From positions 99,450,001 to 99,514,000 of the forward strand of contig NC_058368.1 in assembly GCF_018350175.1 (NCBI RefSeq): DNA of 64,000 bases, written 5' to 3'. This document shows, piece after piece, positions 1 to 11,954 of the stretch (its first letter is position 1; each line of letters begins with the position of its first letter). The notes beneath the pieces were generated by a model, which did not search any database, was not told the DNA's origin, and saw only the letters and a list, made by a program, of their open reading frames with translations. Made by a program: the position numbers and the translations under genes. The DNA is from Felis catus. Lineage: Eukaryota.

Positions 1-194
1 AGATAACTAAGCAATCCCTAAAGCCCAGGTTGTGATTAAAAAAAAAAAAAGTCCTAGATACTAGAGGGAGCATGTGCCTGAATGAATGCCATCAATAAGC
101 TGCAAACCTGGTGTTCCACTTTGCAGTTTTGGGCTCAAAGATAGAAGATCCATATTCTGGTTTACTCTATGTTTCAGCTGGCTAATCTCATAAA

Positions 195-750
195 AATGTG
201 ACGTAACCAACCACCTAGACTTTAGTGGCTTAAATCTGAATATTGTATTCTCTTCCGCTATGGGTCCCCCAAGAGTCCCGTGATGTAGGCTTTGCTCAGC
301 TGGACAACTCTGCCAGTGGAGGCGGCAGCCGGCGAGCACCTGTTTCTCATTGCAAATCTATGCTTGAGCTCGCTGGCTCCAGGTGCTTCTCATGCTCAAG
401 GAACCAGTGGGCTAGCTTGGAGCACACGGGTCTCGTGGCAGAACAGAGATAAAAGAGTGTCTCCTGGGTCTTTTAAGGTCTTGGTTTGGAACTGACCCTG
501 CGTTCTTTCCGCGTCGCCAGAGGGCAAAGGAAATCGTCTGATGTAAAGCCCCAAAGCAAGACACGCAGAAGTGTTACCCACCCACAGCGAGGCTTCGGCA
601 AATGTAAGATTAATAAGGGGTGTCCCTTCCTCTGCCCTACTCTGTGTTAAGACCAGAAATTGACGACAAACACTGAACAGTAGTGACCGCGGGGATGGTG
701 AGTGGTGCAGGGAGAACCCCAGGTGCCGGTGCAGACCCGTCGCCCCGGCC
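195..750. promoter_or_regulatory. CpG-enriched non-repeat patch (weak CpG island / promoter or enhancer candidate)
   Basis: About two dozen CpGs in ~550 bp against a strongly CpG-depleted AT-rich background; not SINE-derived; TGACGTAA CRE-like site near 199. Confidence 0.5.
511..529 (+). promoter_or_regulatory. Candidate CTCF binding site
   Basis: GCGTCGCCAGAGGGCAAAG matches the core C-R-S-Y-A-G-R-K-G-G-C-R of the CTCF motif and lies inside the CpG patch. Confidence 0.55.
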
Positions 751-1439
751 TTCAAAACAAACAAGCAAACAAACAAAAACCAGAACACTGTAGTTTCTCT
801 GCTCCATCTCAAGCTGACCAGCCTGAAGGTCTTAATTTTTGCACCTGATGTAAAATAAACTTAGATCCAGAAACTTGAGCCCCTGTGAATAGTAAGATTC
901 AAAACCTAGAAATGGAGGGGGGAAATGAGAATTCCACACACTTTTCTTTGTTAATCTTGATTTCGCTCTGATCCTGAATTCAATTTTCCTTTACATTGCA
1001 ATTCAATTCATTCTGCCTTCTCTTTCTGAATTCATTATGCTTAAATTTTTGTTTATGTTCAAGATAAATAGAATATTACTCCATTTGATTTCTGCAGTAA
1101 AATAATATATTTTTGAGTAAGCCTCTCAGAAAACACACGATGTTGTAATCGTGTTTCAAGTGTCTCATTTTTTTGCCATAAGACGTCATTGAATTTTTGA
1201 GAAATTTTTTTGGGTCCACCATGTTGGAGGGCATTGAGAATGAGCCATCTTGGAACCAGGTACAAGGTTTAGAGAGTGACTTGCGATACACAGCTTAAAA
1301 TTATCTCTTTGTAACCTCTATAAATGGTCTAGAGTTGCCTCTCAGGGTCTGTTCTTTCAGTCACAAATCTTTTACATTGAAAATGACCTTGAGAGTAAAA
1401 GAATATAAAAATCACATTTGCCTGAGTTTTGATGATGAG

Positions 1440-1637
1440 CCTTTTTTTTTCTCTTTTAATGTTTGTTTGCTTGTTTTGAGAGAGAGTGGGGGGAAGGGAG
1501 AGAGAGGGAATCCTAAACAGACTCTGTGCTATCAAGGCAGAGCTCCACTCGAGGCCTAATCCCATAAACAAAGAGATCATGCCCTGAGCCAAAATCAAGA
1601 GTCTGACATTTAACCGACTGGGCCACCCAGGCATCCC
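1440..1637 (-). mobile_element. CanSINE (older SINEC)
   Basis: Reverse complement reads GGGATGCCTGGGTGGCCCAGTCGGTTAA...(CT)n...A-tail. Confidence 0.9.
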
Positions 1638-2235
1638 GAAAATAGAGGGCTTTAAGAACTTCTTGACTCATTGCTTTCATCCTGATAAAGCAATGTCTCT
1701 CACCTGTGCCAGGAAATGCCAAGAGACCGTTTCAAACTTCTTAGATGGAGAGTTGAAATAAACTTGGAATTTATGCAGAAATGTTCGCAAGGATACCAAT
1801 ATGTGATGATTTTTAAAAAGGGGCTTAAATATAATATTCTAAAATTCTTTCCAAAATCTTACAGTCACCCTCAACCTGAACACAGCTTTACTTGTAATTT
1901 TTAAACAGGTACGGTATATGCACACAATATACTTTCTAGTATCTATTATAATGTTCCATGAAACTGATAACTCAAAATGAGGATAAATGTTAACTTCCAG
2001 TTACTATATTTTTTATTTATGCCACGATGTTTCTATAAAAAACAGCTTATCGTAAAATCTGTCCTATAAGTAAACTACCAGAAACTAGCTAAGCAAGTGC
2101 TTTTGTCACCCATGAGGTCAGTACAATGAAACACCAGTAATATAAATTGCAAAGATCAAGGTGAAAGCAAACATTATTTTAAACCTTTAAGCAAATTGAG
2201 TGGACATCTGTATGTGGACGTAGAATACTTTGTTG

Positions 2236-2457
2236 TGGTGCCTGGGTGGCGTAGTCGGTTAAACGTCAGACTTCAGCTTAGGTCATGATCTCAGGGTACT
2301 TAGGTTTTAGCCTGGTATTGGGCTCTGTGTTAACAGCTCAGAGCCTGGAGCCTGCTTCGGATTCTGTGTCTCCCTCTCTCTGTCTGCTCCTTCCTGCCCA
2401 TGCTTTGTCTCTGTCTCTCAAATAAACAAGCAAGCAAACATTAAAAGAAAAAAAAAG
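2236..2457 (+). mobile_element. CanSINE (felid type)
   Basis: tRNA-like head GGTGCCTGGGTGGCGTAGTCGG, CT tract, A tail; TSD ATACTTTGT on both sides. Confidence 0.92.
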
Positions 2458-2569
2458 GATACTTTGTCAAAGTGGTTAGCTTGTTGACACTTAATAACTT
2501 GTTTCCAGGTCTGATCTTTACCTCTGGGGTTTAGACCTGAGGTACCCTCAATCATCTGATGAATCCAGA

Positions 2570-3290
2570 TACTGAGATAACAAAAGAAAAATTGTGATTC
2601 CAGGGAAAACCTTAAACTGATGGTTTCCATTTCACATAGTGCTATCTGCCAGTGCTTGTGAGTACAGGGCTGGAGAATGGGTGCTCTACAACACTTCAAA
2701 CAGAGTTGTCTTCGCATTCAGCCAATGCTTATATCCCAAAATGCCAGTCTTGGTGTCCCGTCATTTGGACACCAGCCTGACAGCACCCCTAGTTTCTATT
2801 GAGCAGGATAGCTTTCGGGTACCTGCAGCCTGAGTAAATTCTAGACACGCTGCTCCCTGACTCTTGATGCCGACTTCTCTTTTCTTAAAGCATTTACGTT
2901 AGAAAACTTGGAATTGTACGTTCTTCCTCTGCCCCTTTGAGAGACAAATCTCCTAGACTTTTGCCAGTTTTACAACCCAGAAATAGCTTTCTCAAGGACT
3001 GGGAGCCATCCCTTTGAAATGTAATCATGGAGAAATAGAGTGTCTCCATCTCCTAGTTTGTGTGGGAAGGTAGAAGACTCCATTCAGTTAGTAAATTAGT
3101 GTCACTTAGCAAACACCAATGGTCTAATCACCTTGGCCAATGTGCCTTTGTCTACTCCCAGTACTTTTTCTGCTAGCTCACTCCACCCTCTGTTTCATTG
3201 GAGTTGAATTCAATCTCTTTTCAGTGGAATCGTTTTGAATTAAGTCTTGGCTGTTTCACATCATCCGTTCAGTGCAGTTTTTCTTGGACA
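2570..3290 (+). mobile_element. ERV1-type solo LTR, MER34-like
   Basis: Contains CTGGGAGCCATCCCTTTGAAATGTAATC, which I recall from MER34-family LTRs; ends ...TTTCTTGGACA; left boundary uncertain. Confidence 0.55.
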
Positions 3291-3689
3291 TACTTACAGA
3301 GAGGTATAGCTCTGTCCTGTATCTCTATCCATCAAGGTATATCTCTTGTTCTATTTGTGGGAGGGACCTTGAAAAATGTGTACCCAGAGTGGATGTGGCA
3401 GCTTGTGATAGCAACAAGAGTTCAATTTGAAACCTGTCTTAAAGAACCATTCCACTATAATTCATGTTTAGTCTTTAAAGTCTCATTTGTGTATTTTAGA
3501 GCCCGCAATTGCTATGGAAATCGTGAAGTTACCTCTTTGAATAGTCAATGGCATTGCAGTGCAAAAACAGGAAAACTGTTCACTGGCAGAGGAAGGACTC
3601 TGAGTCTGGAGCTTTTGACAGTAGGGCTAACATGACTATTCAATCATTTTTGGCCTCGTGTGACTCCTCTATTTCTTTGGGCTCTACTT

Positions 3690-3878
3690 ACCCCCACCCC
3701 CCCAATGTTTATTTATTTTTGAGAGAGAGAGAAAGAAGCACGGGGTAGGGGCAGAGAGAGAGAGGGAGACAGAGGATCCAAACGGGGTTCCTCGCTGACA
3801 ACAGTGAGCTTGACATGGGTTCAGACCATGAGCCCCCAAATCATGACTTGAGCAGAGTCTGAGCTGCCCAGACCCCCC
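3690..3878 (-). mobile_element. CanSINE with G-run tail
   Basis: SINE body on the minus strand; 12-bp TSD TGGGCTCTACTT at 3678-3689 and 3879-3890. Confidence 0.88.
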
Positions 3879-4085
3879 TGGGCTCTACTTTAAATAGAAG
3901 GATTGGAGAAGAGCTGTAGGAAGGCAATGGAATAAGGGACAATGTAGGCTCCTTCTCTTGAGGAATAAAAAGGAAGTGACTAAAGGTAAGGCATGAATTA
4001 GAAAGTTGACACTATGACCAGTCATACCTGAGCATTTAGACTCAGATTACATATTCATCATCTCTGTTTTAAAGTGAACAAAACT

Positions 4086-4296
4086 TGGGGTGCTGAGTGG
4101 CCCTATCAGGCATCCAACTGTTGGTTTCAGCTCAGGTCATGATTTCACGGTCCCTGAGTCCAAGCGCCATACAGGGCTCTGTGCTGACAGCGCAGAGCCT
4201 GCTTGGGATTCTCTCTCTCCCTATCTGTGCCCCTCCCCTGCTTGTGCTCTTTCTCTCAACTAAACTTTAAAAAGATTAAAAAAATGCATTAAAAAT
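4086..4296 (+). mobile_element. CanSINE
   Basis: GGGGTGCTGAGTGG head, GCTCAGGTCATGAT, CT tract, A-rich tail. Confidence 0.88.
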
Positions 4297-4735
4297 AGGA
4301 TAAAACTTACATTTCTATGGGTAAGATTTCTACCTACCTTGGTGAGTAAAGCTATATGAAATTCTGATAAATAGGGTGCCTTGATTAAAGATGCCTTATT
4401 TCATCATTTTCATGAAGGCTTATGTTGACCTGAAAATCCTAAGTATAAAAGACCATCTTTTTCTATTGAAAGATTGTACAAGCCATTTCTCAGGGCTCCT
4501 GGCTGGCTTAGTCAGAAGAGTGTGATTCCTGATCTTGGGGTTGTGAGTCCTCATCCTATAGAATCAATAAAGGAATAAGTTACATATTTCATACATGTAA
4601 TCTAAAAATACAGGTATCCCAGAATGCTAAACCAATATATTAACAAAATAATTAACATTGACTTATTCTCAAACATGGAGCTATTTCAAATACTTCAGTT
4701 TTTTCACAAAATAGAAAGTCTAATGCTACCAATTT

Positions 4736-4953
4736 TTTTTAATTTTTTTTTTTTAACATTTATTTATTTTTGAGACAGAGAGAGAGCATGAACAGAGGAG
4801 GGTCAGAGAAAGAGGGAGACACAGGATCTGAAACAGGCTCCAGGCTCTGAGCTGTCAGCACAGAGCCCGACGCGGGGCTCGAACCCACAGACCGTGAGAT
4901 CATGATCTGAGCTGAAGTCGGACGCTTAACCCACTGAGCCAATCAGGCGCCCC
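4736..4953 (-). mobile_element. Feline CanSINE
   Basis: Full body on the minus strand with many CpGs retained; TSD AATGCTACCAATTT. Confidence 0.93.
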
Positions 4954-5339
4954 AAATGCTACCAATTTGTAAGAAGGTTGTGAGAAAGAGAAGTCCTAAC
5001 CTACCTCTGATGGATATAAAAATAAGATTTCTCGGAAAAAGTAGAAAAACTGTGGCAACATTTTTTTGATGATAAACATGAATATATTCCATACAACAGC
5101 CGTTCAATTTATGCACATTCAAAGTGTTAATGTGCATTTGTTCACAATTAAACATGTGGGAGCATTTTTGTCTCCATTTGTAAAAGTCAAAATTTGGAAA
5201 CAAACAAAATAGCCAACTATGGAGAAATGCATGAACAAAACCCAGTGTCTTACCCAAAGTCAAAATGGATAAACCCGGTCTGTATCCATCCATATAGCCC
5301 AGTCTTGACAGTCATAGGTGTCTGTATGCTGAGAGGGAA

Positions 5340-5635
5340 AAAGTGAAAGCAAGTTAGAAGAATGAATGCAGGAAGAAAAGAGTCTTACATACAGTGAACA
5401 AACTGAAGGTTGCTGGTGGGGTCTTGGGTGGGGGTGACAGGCTAAATGGGTGATAGGTATTAGGGACGGGTTTGTTGGCATGAGTACTGGGTGTTATACG
5501 TAAGTGATGAGTACTGGGTGTTATATGTAAGTGATGAATCACTAAGTTCTATGCCTGAAACCATTATTACACTGTATGTTAACTAACTTGCATTTAAATA
5601 AAATTTTAAAAAATTAACTAAAAGAAAAAAAAGAA
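5340..5635 (+). mobile_element. L1 3' end fragment (carnivore L1)
   Basis: GAACAAACTGAAGGTTGCTGG...G-rich segment...TGTTAACTAACTTG...A-tail; internal 27-bp duplication at 5481-5534. Confidence 0.85.
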
Positions 5636-6140
5636 ATGGAATAGAACACAATTATGGCTATGAAAAATAAGATACTGCAGTATTGTCCATGGATTCACAT
5701 AAAGTTTTAAATTTCTTTAAAAGATGCATTAGAAGAAGCTGCATTGAGTTGAGGAAGGAGAGCGAGGACAGTTAAAAGAGCAGTGAAACTTCAGCTTACT
5801 TTCAGTACTTAATTTCTTAAAGTCTGAAATCTGCAAATATGTTCAAGTTATTTACTTCACTTAAATAGAGCTTGACAAACATGAAAAAAGTAAGAATTTT
5901 AAGTTTAAATCAACTGATAAATAGTATCACAACCGTTTTAGCATTTTTTATGTAATCAGGTGGTCAAGTAAACAAGTTTTTATATTTTACTATAAAAATA
6001 TTTAAGTTTGGTGGATTAGAAATCTAAAAAAAATCCATACTGTGTAGTGACTCAGTGGAATATGAAGCAAAAATGTATCTAATGCTGGAATGTGATGAGA
6101 ACAATATGTAATGCTTAGAAGGAAAAAATGGAATTGTGCG

Positions 6141-6257
6141 TTTTTTTTTTTTTTCTTTTAAGACTTCAGGTAATCTTTGCATCCAACATGGGGCTTGAAC
6201 TCATGACCCCAAGATCAAGAGTTGCATGTGGCACCAACTGAGCCAGCTAGGCGCCCC
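6141..6257 (-). mobile_element. Short tRNA-Lys-like CanSINE
   Basis: Reverse complement GGGGCGCCTAGCTGGCTCAGTTGG...GAGTTCAAGCCCCATG...polyA, with no CT tract. Confidence 0.85.
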
Positions 6258-7165
6258 GTGTGTTCTTTTAAATGAAATAAAACCACATAATTTCTCAAAG
6301 TCTCTTCTCAGCACAGACATACTTTATAAATTTCAGAATTACTAGTGTTTCTTTTCATTTGAATTTGGGGCCAAAAACAAATCACGTATTTTCTTTTTGT
6401 TTGTTTATTTGGGTTTGTTTTTTGTTGTTTTTGTTTTTGACTTGTATGATCTTCCGAAAACACTTGGGGTTAAAACCAATTGAATAGATGCTATCTGAAG
6501 CAATTGGAGATCTTCTGTCATTCTTCATGTTTCTGACAGATGAATAGCCTCACTGTTCGGATTATCTGTATTCTCAGTCCTTGTTCCTGATCTTGGCGGG
6601 CCACACCCTTGTTGATCTGGCCCAAATTATTCCCCGCTTATTTTCCATCACTCTTCCTTCACTGACATGGTCATAATCTTACTGTCATTCAAACGGGTTA
6701 TATATCCACCTAATTGTACCTTATCTGCTTCTTCACATGTCTGTCACCTAATCCCATTTTTTTTCTCTAAAACATGAAATTCCATAACCCCCTGCATTGA
6801 AGTAGATTTGGATCTCAAGCTATAAACATGTTGTATGGTTTACAGTTGGTGAAATATACTTTAAACATCTTCATTTTATAATATGAAAGCTTTTGCATAG
6901 TTGTAAACATTACATTAATCTTAATCATTAGCTACCTGCCACAAGAATATGTCTTACTGAGTAAGAGACTCATTAGATATCCTTTTTTACCGTAGTTTGA
7001 TCTTGAACACATATGCCATCTGTTCATATTACTCAAAGAATAACTTAAAGTAATTTGTCTCCCTAATTGAAATACTAATGAGTTCTGAGCTGTAGTTTAT
7101 TTATGCAAAAGTATACCATCTGAAGACAGGAGCATGGTACGTGGATTAAAAGAGCAGACCAGCTT

Positions 7166-7353
7166 TGGGGTCCCTGGGTGGCTCAGTCAGTTGAGCTCCT
7201 GGGTCTTATTTTTAGCTCAGATCATGATCCCTGGCTTGTGAGATCAAGCCCCATGTCAGGCTCCACAGTGAACATGGAGCCTGTTTAGGATTTTGTCTCT
7301 CTTTCCTTTCACCCCTTTCCCCAGCTCATGCTCTTTCCCTCTCTTAAAAAAAA
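7166..7353 (+). mobile_element. CanSINE
   Basis: GGGGTCCCTGGGTGGCTCAG head; TSD CAGCTTTG. Confidence 0.9.
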
Positions 7354-8894
7354 CCAACAGCTTTGACCAAAATTTTCTATTTTGCATATTAAATCATTTT
7401 CTTAATGAGTCTTGTTGGAAACGATAAATATTCTTCAGATTCATTTTATTGACCAAACGTTTTAAAATTCCATATTGTGCACCGAAGCTCCAAATATGCT
7501 ATTTCCCACATTAGCTAAATGTACCGTGGGGTTACGTTTCACCTATGAGGTATCCTCGGGTACTTAAATATGTGAGAACATGTATTGGCAAGTATATGTT
7601 TTATGTATAAAACTGACGTTTATGACTAGTGTCCTAGGTCATATCATGGTTAAATTCCAGATGTAGAATTGTGGCTGATCTAAGTTCCAACAAATAATAT
7701 TTTAACGCATTCTCCCAGGTTCACAATGACCCAAGGAAGACATACTTTTCCTTTACCTAAATGTTAATATCTATGTTTTTAAGGTTTTCACTTTTTCTAT
7801 TGACTACTTATTCTATTTCTTTTTAATATATAGCTTTAATAATTTTTATGATAATGGAATTAATCTTAACATTTGGTTACTCTTTGATAGACTAATTGAA
7901 GTCCTTTGTAATCTTCTATGTAGAATGTGGAGACATAAATTTGGGATAATTTAGTAAGTTAATTGTCTAAAGATCTTAGCAATTACTGGTTGATCAATAA
8001 TCAGGAGAAATACTTCGATAATAAAATAGTAAAATATAAAGTCAGTGATAGGTGCAGTACCAACATTAAAGTTACTTATAGTAAATGAAGAAACAAAAAT
8101 ATGCCTTTTTCTTTGATAGTTTTCTTTGCTCCAAAGTTTACTTTGTCTTACATTATATAGCCATTTTTGCCTTCTTTTAAATAGTGTTACCAATGATTTT
8201 CCCCCATCCTTTTCGTTTCAGCCTACCTATATCATTATAGTTGTAACAAGTTTTTTGTTGATTGCATATAGTTACATCATGTCTTACTTAACCCATTATG
8301 ATAAATTCTGTCTTTTAATTGATATTTTTATTTACTTTTGAGCAAGAGTGAGAGTGTGATAGAGAGGGAGGAAGAAAGGGAGAGAGAGAGAGAGAGAGAG
8401 AGAATATCTTAATTAGGCTCCTTATTCAGCACAGAGCCCAAACCTGGGTTCACTCTCATGACAGTGAGATCATGACTTGAGCCAAAATCAAGAGGTGGAC
8501 GCTTAATAGACTGAGCCACCCAGGCACCCTAACTGGTGTCTTTAGATGATTTATTTTAACATAATTGTGTGGCTTTGAGTTTACCATTTTCCATTTTATT
8601 TTCTGTTGATTTTTTTCTACTTAATGCTTGCTGCTTTCTTGGAGGTTTATGAAAAATTTGTAGTATTCTATTTTAACTTCTATATTGTGACTTTTAATAG
8701 ATCTCACAGTTTTTAATTGTTAATCTGGGGTGTACAAAATACAAAAAGAGCTCTGTTGAGAGTCAGTTCTTTCTTTTTTTTTTTTTTTTTACTTGAATTG
8801 GAATGTAGAAATGTTACCATCACAGGGATTTCTTCACTTTCTTGTTTTAATGCTGCTGTTGTCTTAAGTGCTACGTCTCCATATATTTAAGATT

Positions 8895-9570
8895 TCTTTT
8901 AATTTTTTTGATTGTTTCCTTTGTGCAGAAGCATTTTACCTTGATGAAGTCCCAATAGTTGACTTTTGCTTTTGTTTCCTACCTCCAATGACATGTCTGG
9001 TAAGATGTTTCTCCAACTGCCTGTGTTCTCTTATAGGATTTTGATGGTTTTCTGTCTCACATTTAGGTCTTTCATCCATTTCAAATTTATGTGTGTAGTG
9101 TAAGAAAGTGGTCCAGTTTCATTCTTTTACATATTATTGTCCAGCTTTCCCAGCACCATTTATTGAAGAGACTGTCTTTTGTCAACTGGATATTCTTTCC
9201 TGCTTTGTCAAACATGACTTGACCATACAGTCATGGGTCCATTTCTGGGTTTTCTTTTCTGTTCCATTGATATCTGTACCTGTTTTTGTGCCAGTACCAT
9301 AGTGTTTTGATCACTACAGCTTTATAATACAGCTTGAAGACCGAAATTGTGATGCCTCCCACTTTGTTTTTCTTTTTCAAGATTGCTTTGGCTATTCAGG
9401 GTCTTTTATGGTTCCACACAAATTTTAAAGTTGTTTGTTCTGGCTCTCTGAAAAATTCTGGTGGTATTTTGATATTCATTGCCTTAAATGTATAGATTTC
9501 TTTGGAGAGTATAGACATTTGAACAATATGTGTTCTTCTAATCTCAGAGCATAGAATGTTTTTCCAAAAA
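8895..9570 (-). mobile_element. L1 ORF2 fragment (decayed)
   Basis: Translation [39 protein letters not shown] is typical of L1 ORF2 C-terminal to the RT domain. Confidence 0.9.
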
Positions 9571-9892
9571 GAAAAAAAAAATCCTGCTAAGCAATGGTTT
9601 AAGTGTTGCAAATGTCAAACCTATTTTGAAGTCTTCAGAGAAGAGTAGCTGATTTACAATTCTCTAGCTTGCTTTCTTATATTCCAAGTTATCTTCTGAA
9701 ATCATTTCTTTCTATATTAAGAATTTTCTTTAGCAGTTCTTTAAGGTCATGTCTGTTGGCTACGATTTTCTTCATTTTCTTGATAAGAAAATGTTGTCAT
9801 TTTAACTTGATTACTTATGGTTATTATCTCTGGATTCAGAATTCTAGGTTGACAGAGTTTCTTGTTTAGTATTTTGAAAATATGCCACTTAA

Positions 9893-10485
9893 GTCAATGG
9901 TCATGGAGAACATGATACGAAGTGAAGTAAGCTAGACAGAAAAAGACAAATAGTATGTGATCAGACTTATGTGTAGAATCTAAAAGAGAAAAAAAAAGGC
10001 AAACTCAAGGAAATAGAGTAGAATGGTGGTTCCTGGGGGCTGATAGGCAAAGGAGGTAGAAATGGGGAGATGTTGATAAAAGGGTACAGAGTAAGTGTTG
10101 AGTAGGATATGTCTAGATATCTAATATACACACATGATGCCTATATTTAATAATAATGTGTGGAGCCCCGAAAATATGCCAAGAGAATAGATTTGAGGTA
10201 CAAGTGTCTCATACACTGGGGCGCCTGGGTGGTTCAGTTGGTTAAGGGTCTGATGTGGGGTTTGTAAGTTTGAGCTCCACATCAGGATATCTGCTGTCAG
10301 CGCAGAGCTAGTTTTGAATCCTCTGTCTCCCTCTCTGCCCCTCCTACATTCCAAAAATAAACACTTCTTTAAAAAAAGTCTCATACACAAAATAACTAAA
10401 TAAATATGTTAGCTTGGTAGTAATTATTTACATATGTGTTGTACCCCTTAAATATATATAATTTTTATTTAAAAATAAATGAAAA
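9893..10485 (+). mobile_element. L1 3' end fragment interrupted by a SINE
   Basis: AAGTGAAGTAAGCTAGACAGAAAAAGACAAATA... L1 3' text; SINE 10217-10378 with TSD GTCTCATACAC. Confidence 0.8.
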
Positions 10486-11911
10486 CAAGATGCCCCTCTT
10501 CTACTCTTTGTAGTTTTGCTGAGAAATCTACAGCCCTTTGAATTGTTTGCTGTTGTTAATATGGCTTTTTTTCTGGCTGCTTCCATATTTTTCTCTGTGT
10601 TTTGTTTTCAACAGTTTGATTATGATGGCTCTGGAGAAAGATTTATTAAGTCTATTACATTTTTAATTCATTGAATTCCTGGAATTTAGAAATTTGTGTT
10701 TCACTAAATTACTTTTCAGACAGTATTACTTGAAATACTTTTTAGTACCACACTCTTTCTTCTTGGCTTTTGGATACCTAGAACCTGAACTTGAGAGTGC
10801 TTAGGAATGTCTAACAATGTCTGAAGCTCTATTCATTTTTTTTCCATCCCTTTCCTGTGCTATTTAGATAGATCAACAGAAAATAGTCTCCAGGAGTTCA
10901 TTGACTCTTTACTCTGTTCAATCCATTCTGGTACTGAGAAACAATCCAGTGAGATTTTGACTTCCCTTATTAAATTTTTCAGTTCTAAAATTGACATTTC
11001 TTTGTTAATCTTCTTTCCTTGACTTTCTAAATGTTTCAATGTTTTAAAAAAATTTTAATGTTTTTATTTATTTTTGAAGGAGAGAGAGAGATAGAGCATG
11101 AGCAGGGAAGGGGCAGAGAGAGAGGGAGACACAGAATTGGAAACAGGCTTCAGGCTCTGAGCTGTCAGCACAGCTGGTCTTGAACCCACAAACAGTGAGA
11201 TCATTACCTGAGCCGAAGTAAGATGCTTAACCCACTGAGCCACCCAGGTGCCCTTAATTTTTCTATTTTTAAGGGAAAAATCACCTGTTGGAGCATTTTT
11301 ATAATAGTTACTTCAAAGTCTACCATATAGTAGATTCCCTGTGTAATTTTAGTGTGAGTTTAATTTTTTTTGTGTTTCTTTGTATTCCAAATAAATATAA
11401 ATTGTAACCTGGTTATTTTTAGTATTACATTAACAAACTCTGGGTCTTGTCCAGTTTCTACTGAGGATGGAGTCATTTTTGTGCCGCTAAGCAATTAACA
11501 TGGTGAAGTTCAGGCCACAAGTTCTAACATAATTTTGTTGGCTCCAGTTTCATTGTTAAGTTTATTTTTCCAAATCTTTGCATTGCTCTTTGAATTGATG
11601 CTATATGTGTACTACCCAAGTGATCATTCTAGAACCTGGGTTGTTGTCTATCCATTAATTCAGTTTTCTAGGTTTTTGACTAGCTTATTAAGAACAAATC
11701 CAGGGTCTTGGGTGGCTCACTTGCTTAAGCATCCAACTTCAGCTCAGTCATGATCTCATGATTCAGGAGTTCAAGCCCCGCCTTGGGCTTGGTGCTGACA
11801 GCTCAGAGCCTGGAGTCTGCTTCGGATTCTGTGTCTCCCTCTCTCTTTGCCCTTCCCCACTTGCGCTCTGTTTCTCTCCCTCCCTCCCTCCCTCCCTCCC
11901 TCCCTCCCTCC

Positions 11912-11954
<43 letters not shown>

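Noticed and set aside
3198..3635. 145-aa ORF
   Set aside because: Starts inside an LTR at a non-ATG codon; no recognisable domain; splicing from the 1259 donor to the ~3500 acceptor hits a stop after 8 codons
5481..5534. 27-bp tandem duplication
   Set aside because: An ordinary slippage duplication inside an L1 3'UTR relic; no functional implication
6141..6257. tRNA-like sequences with A/B boxes (also 4493-4560 and 53774-53893)
   Set aside because: tRNA-Lys-derived CanSINE heads, two with A tails; no intact cloverleaf, so not tRNA genes
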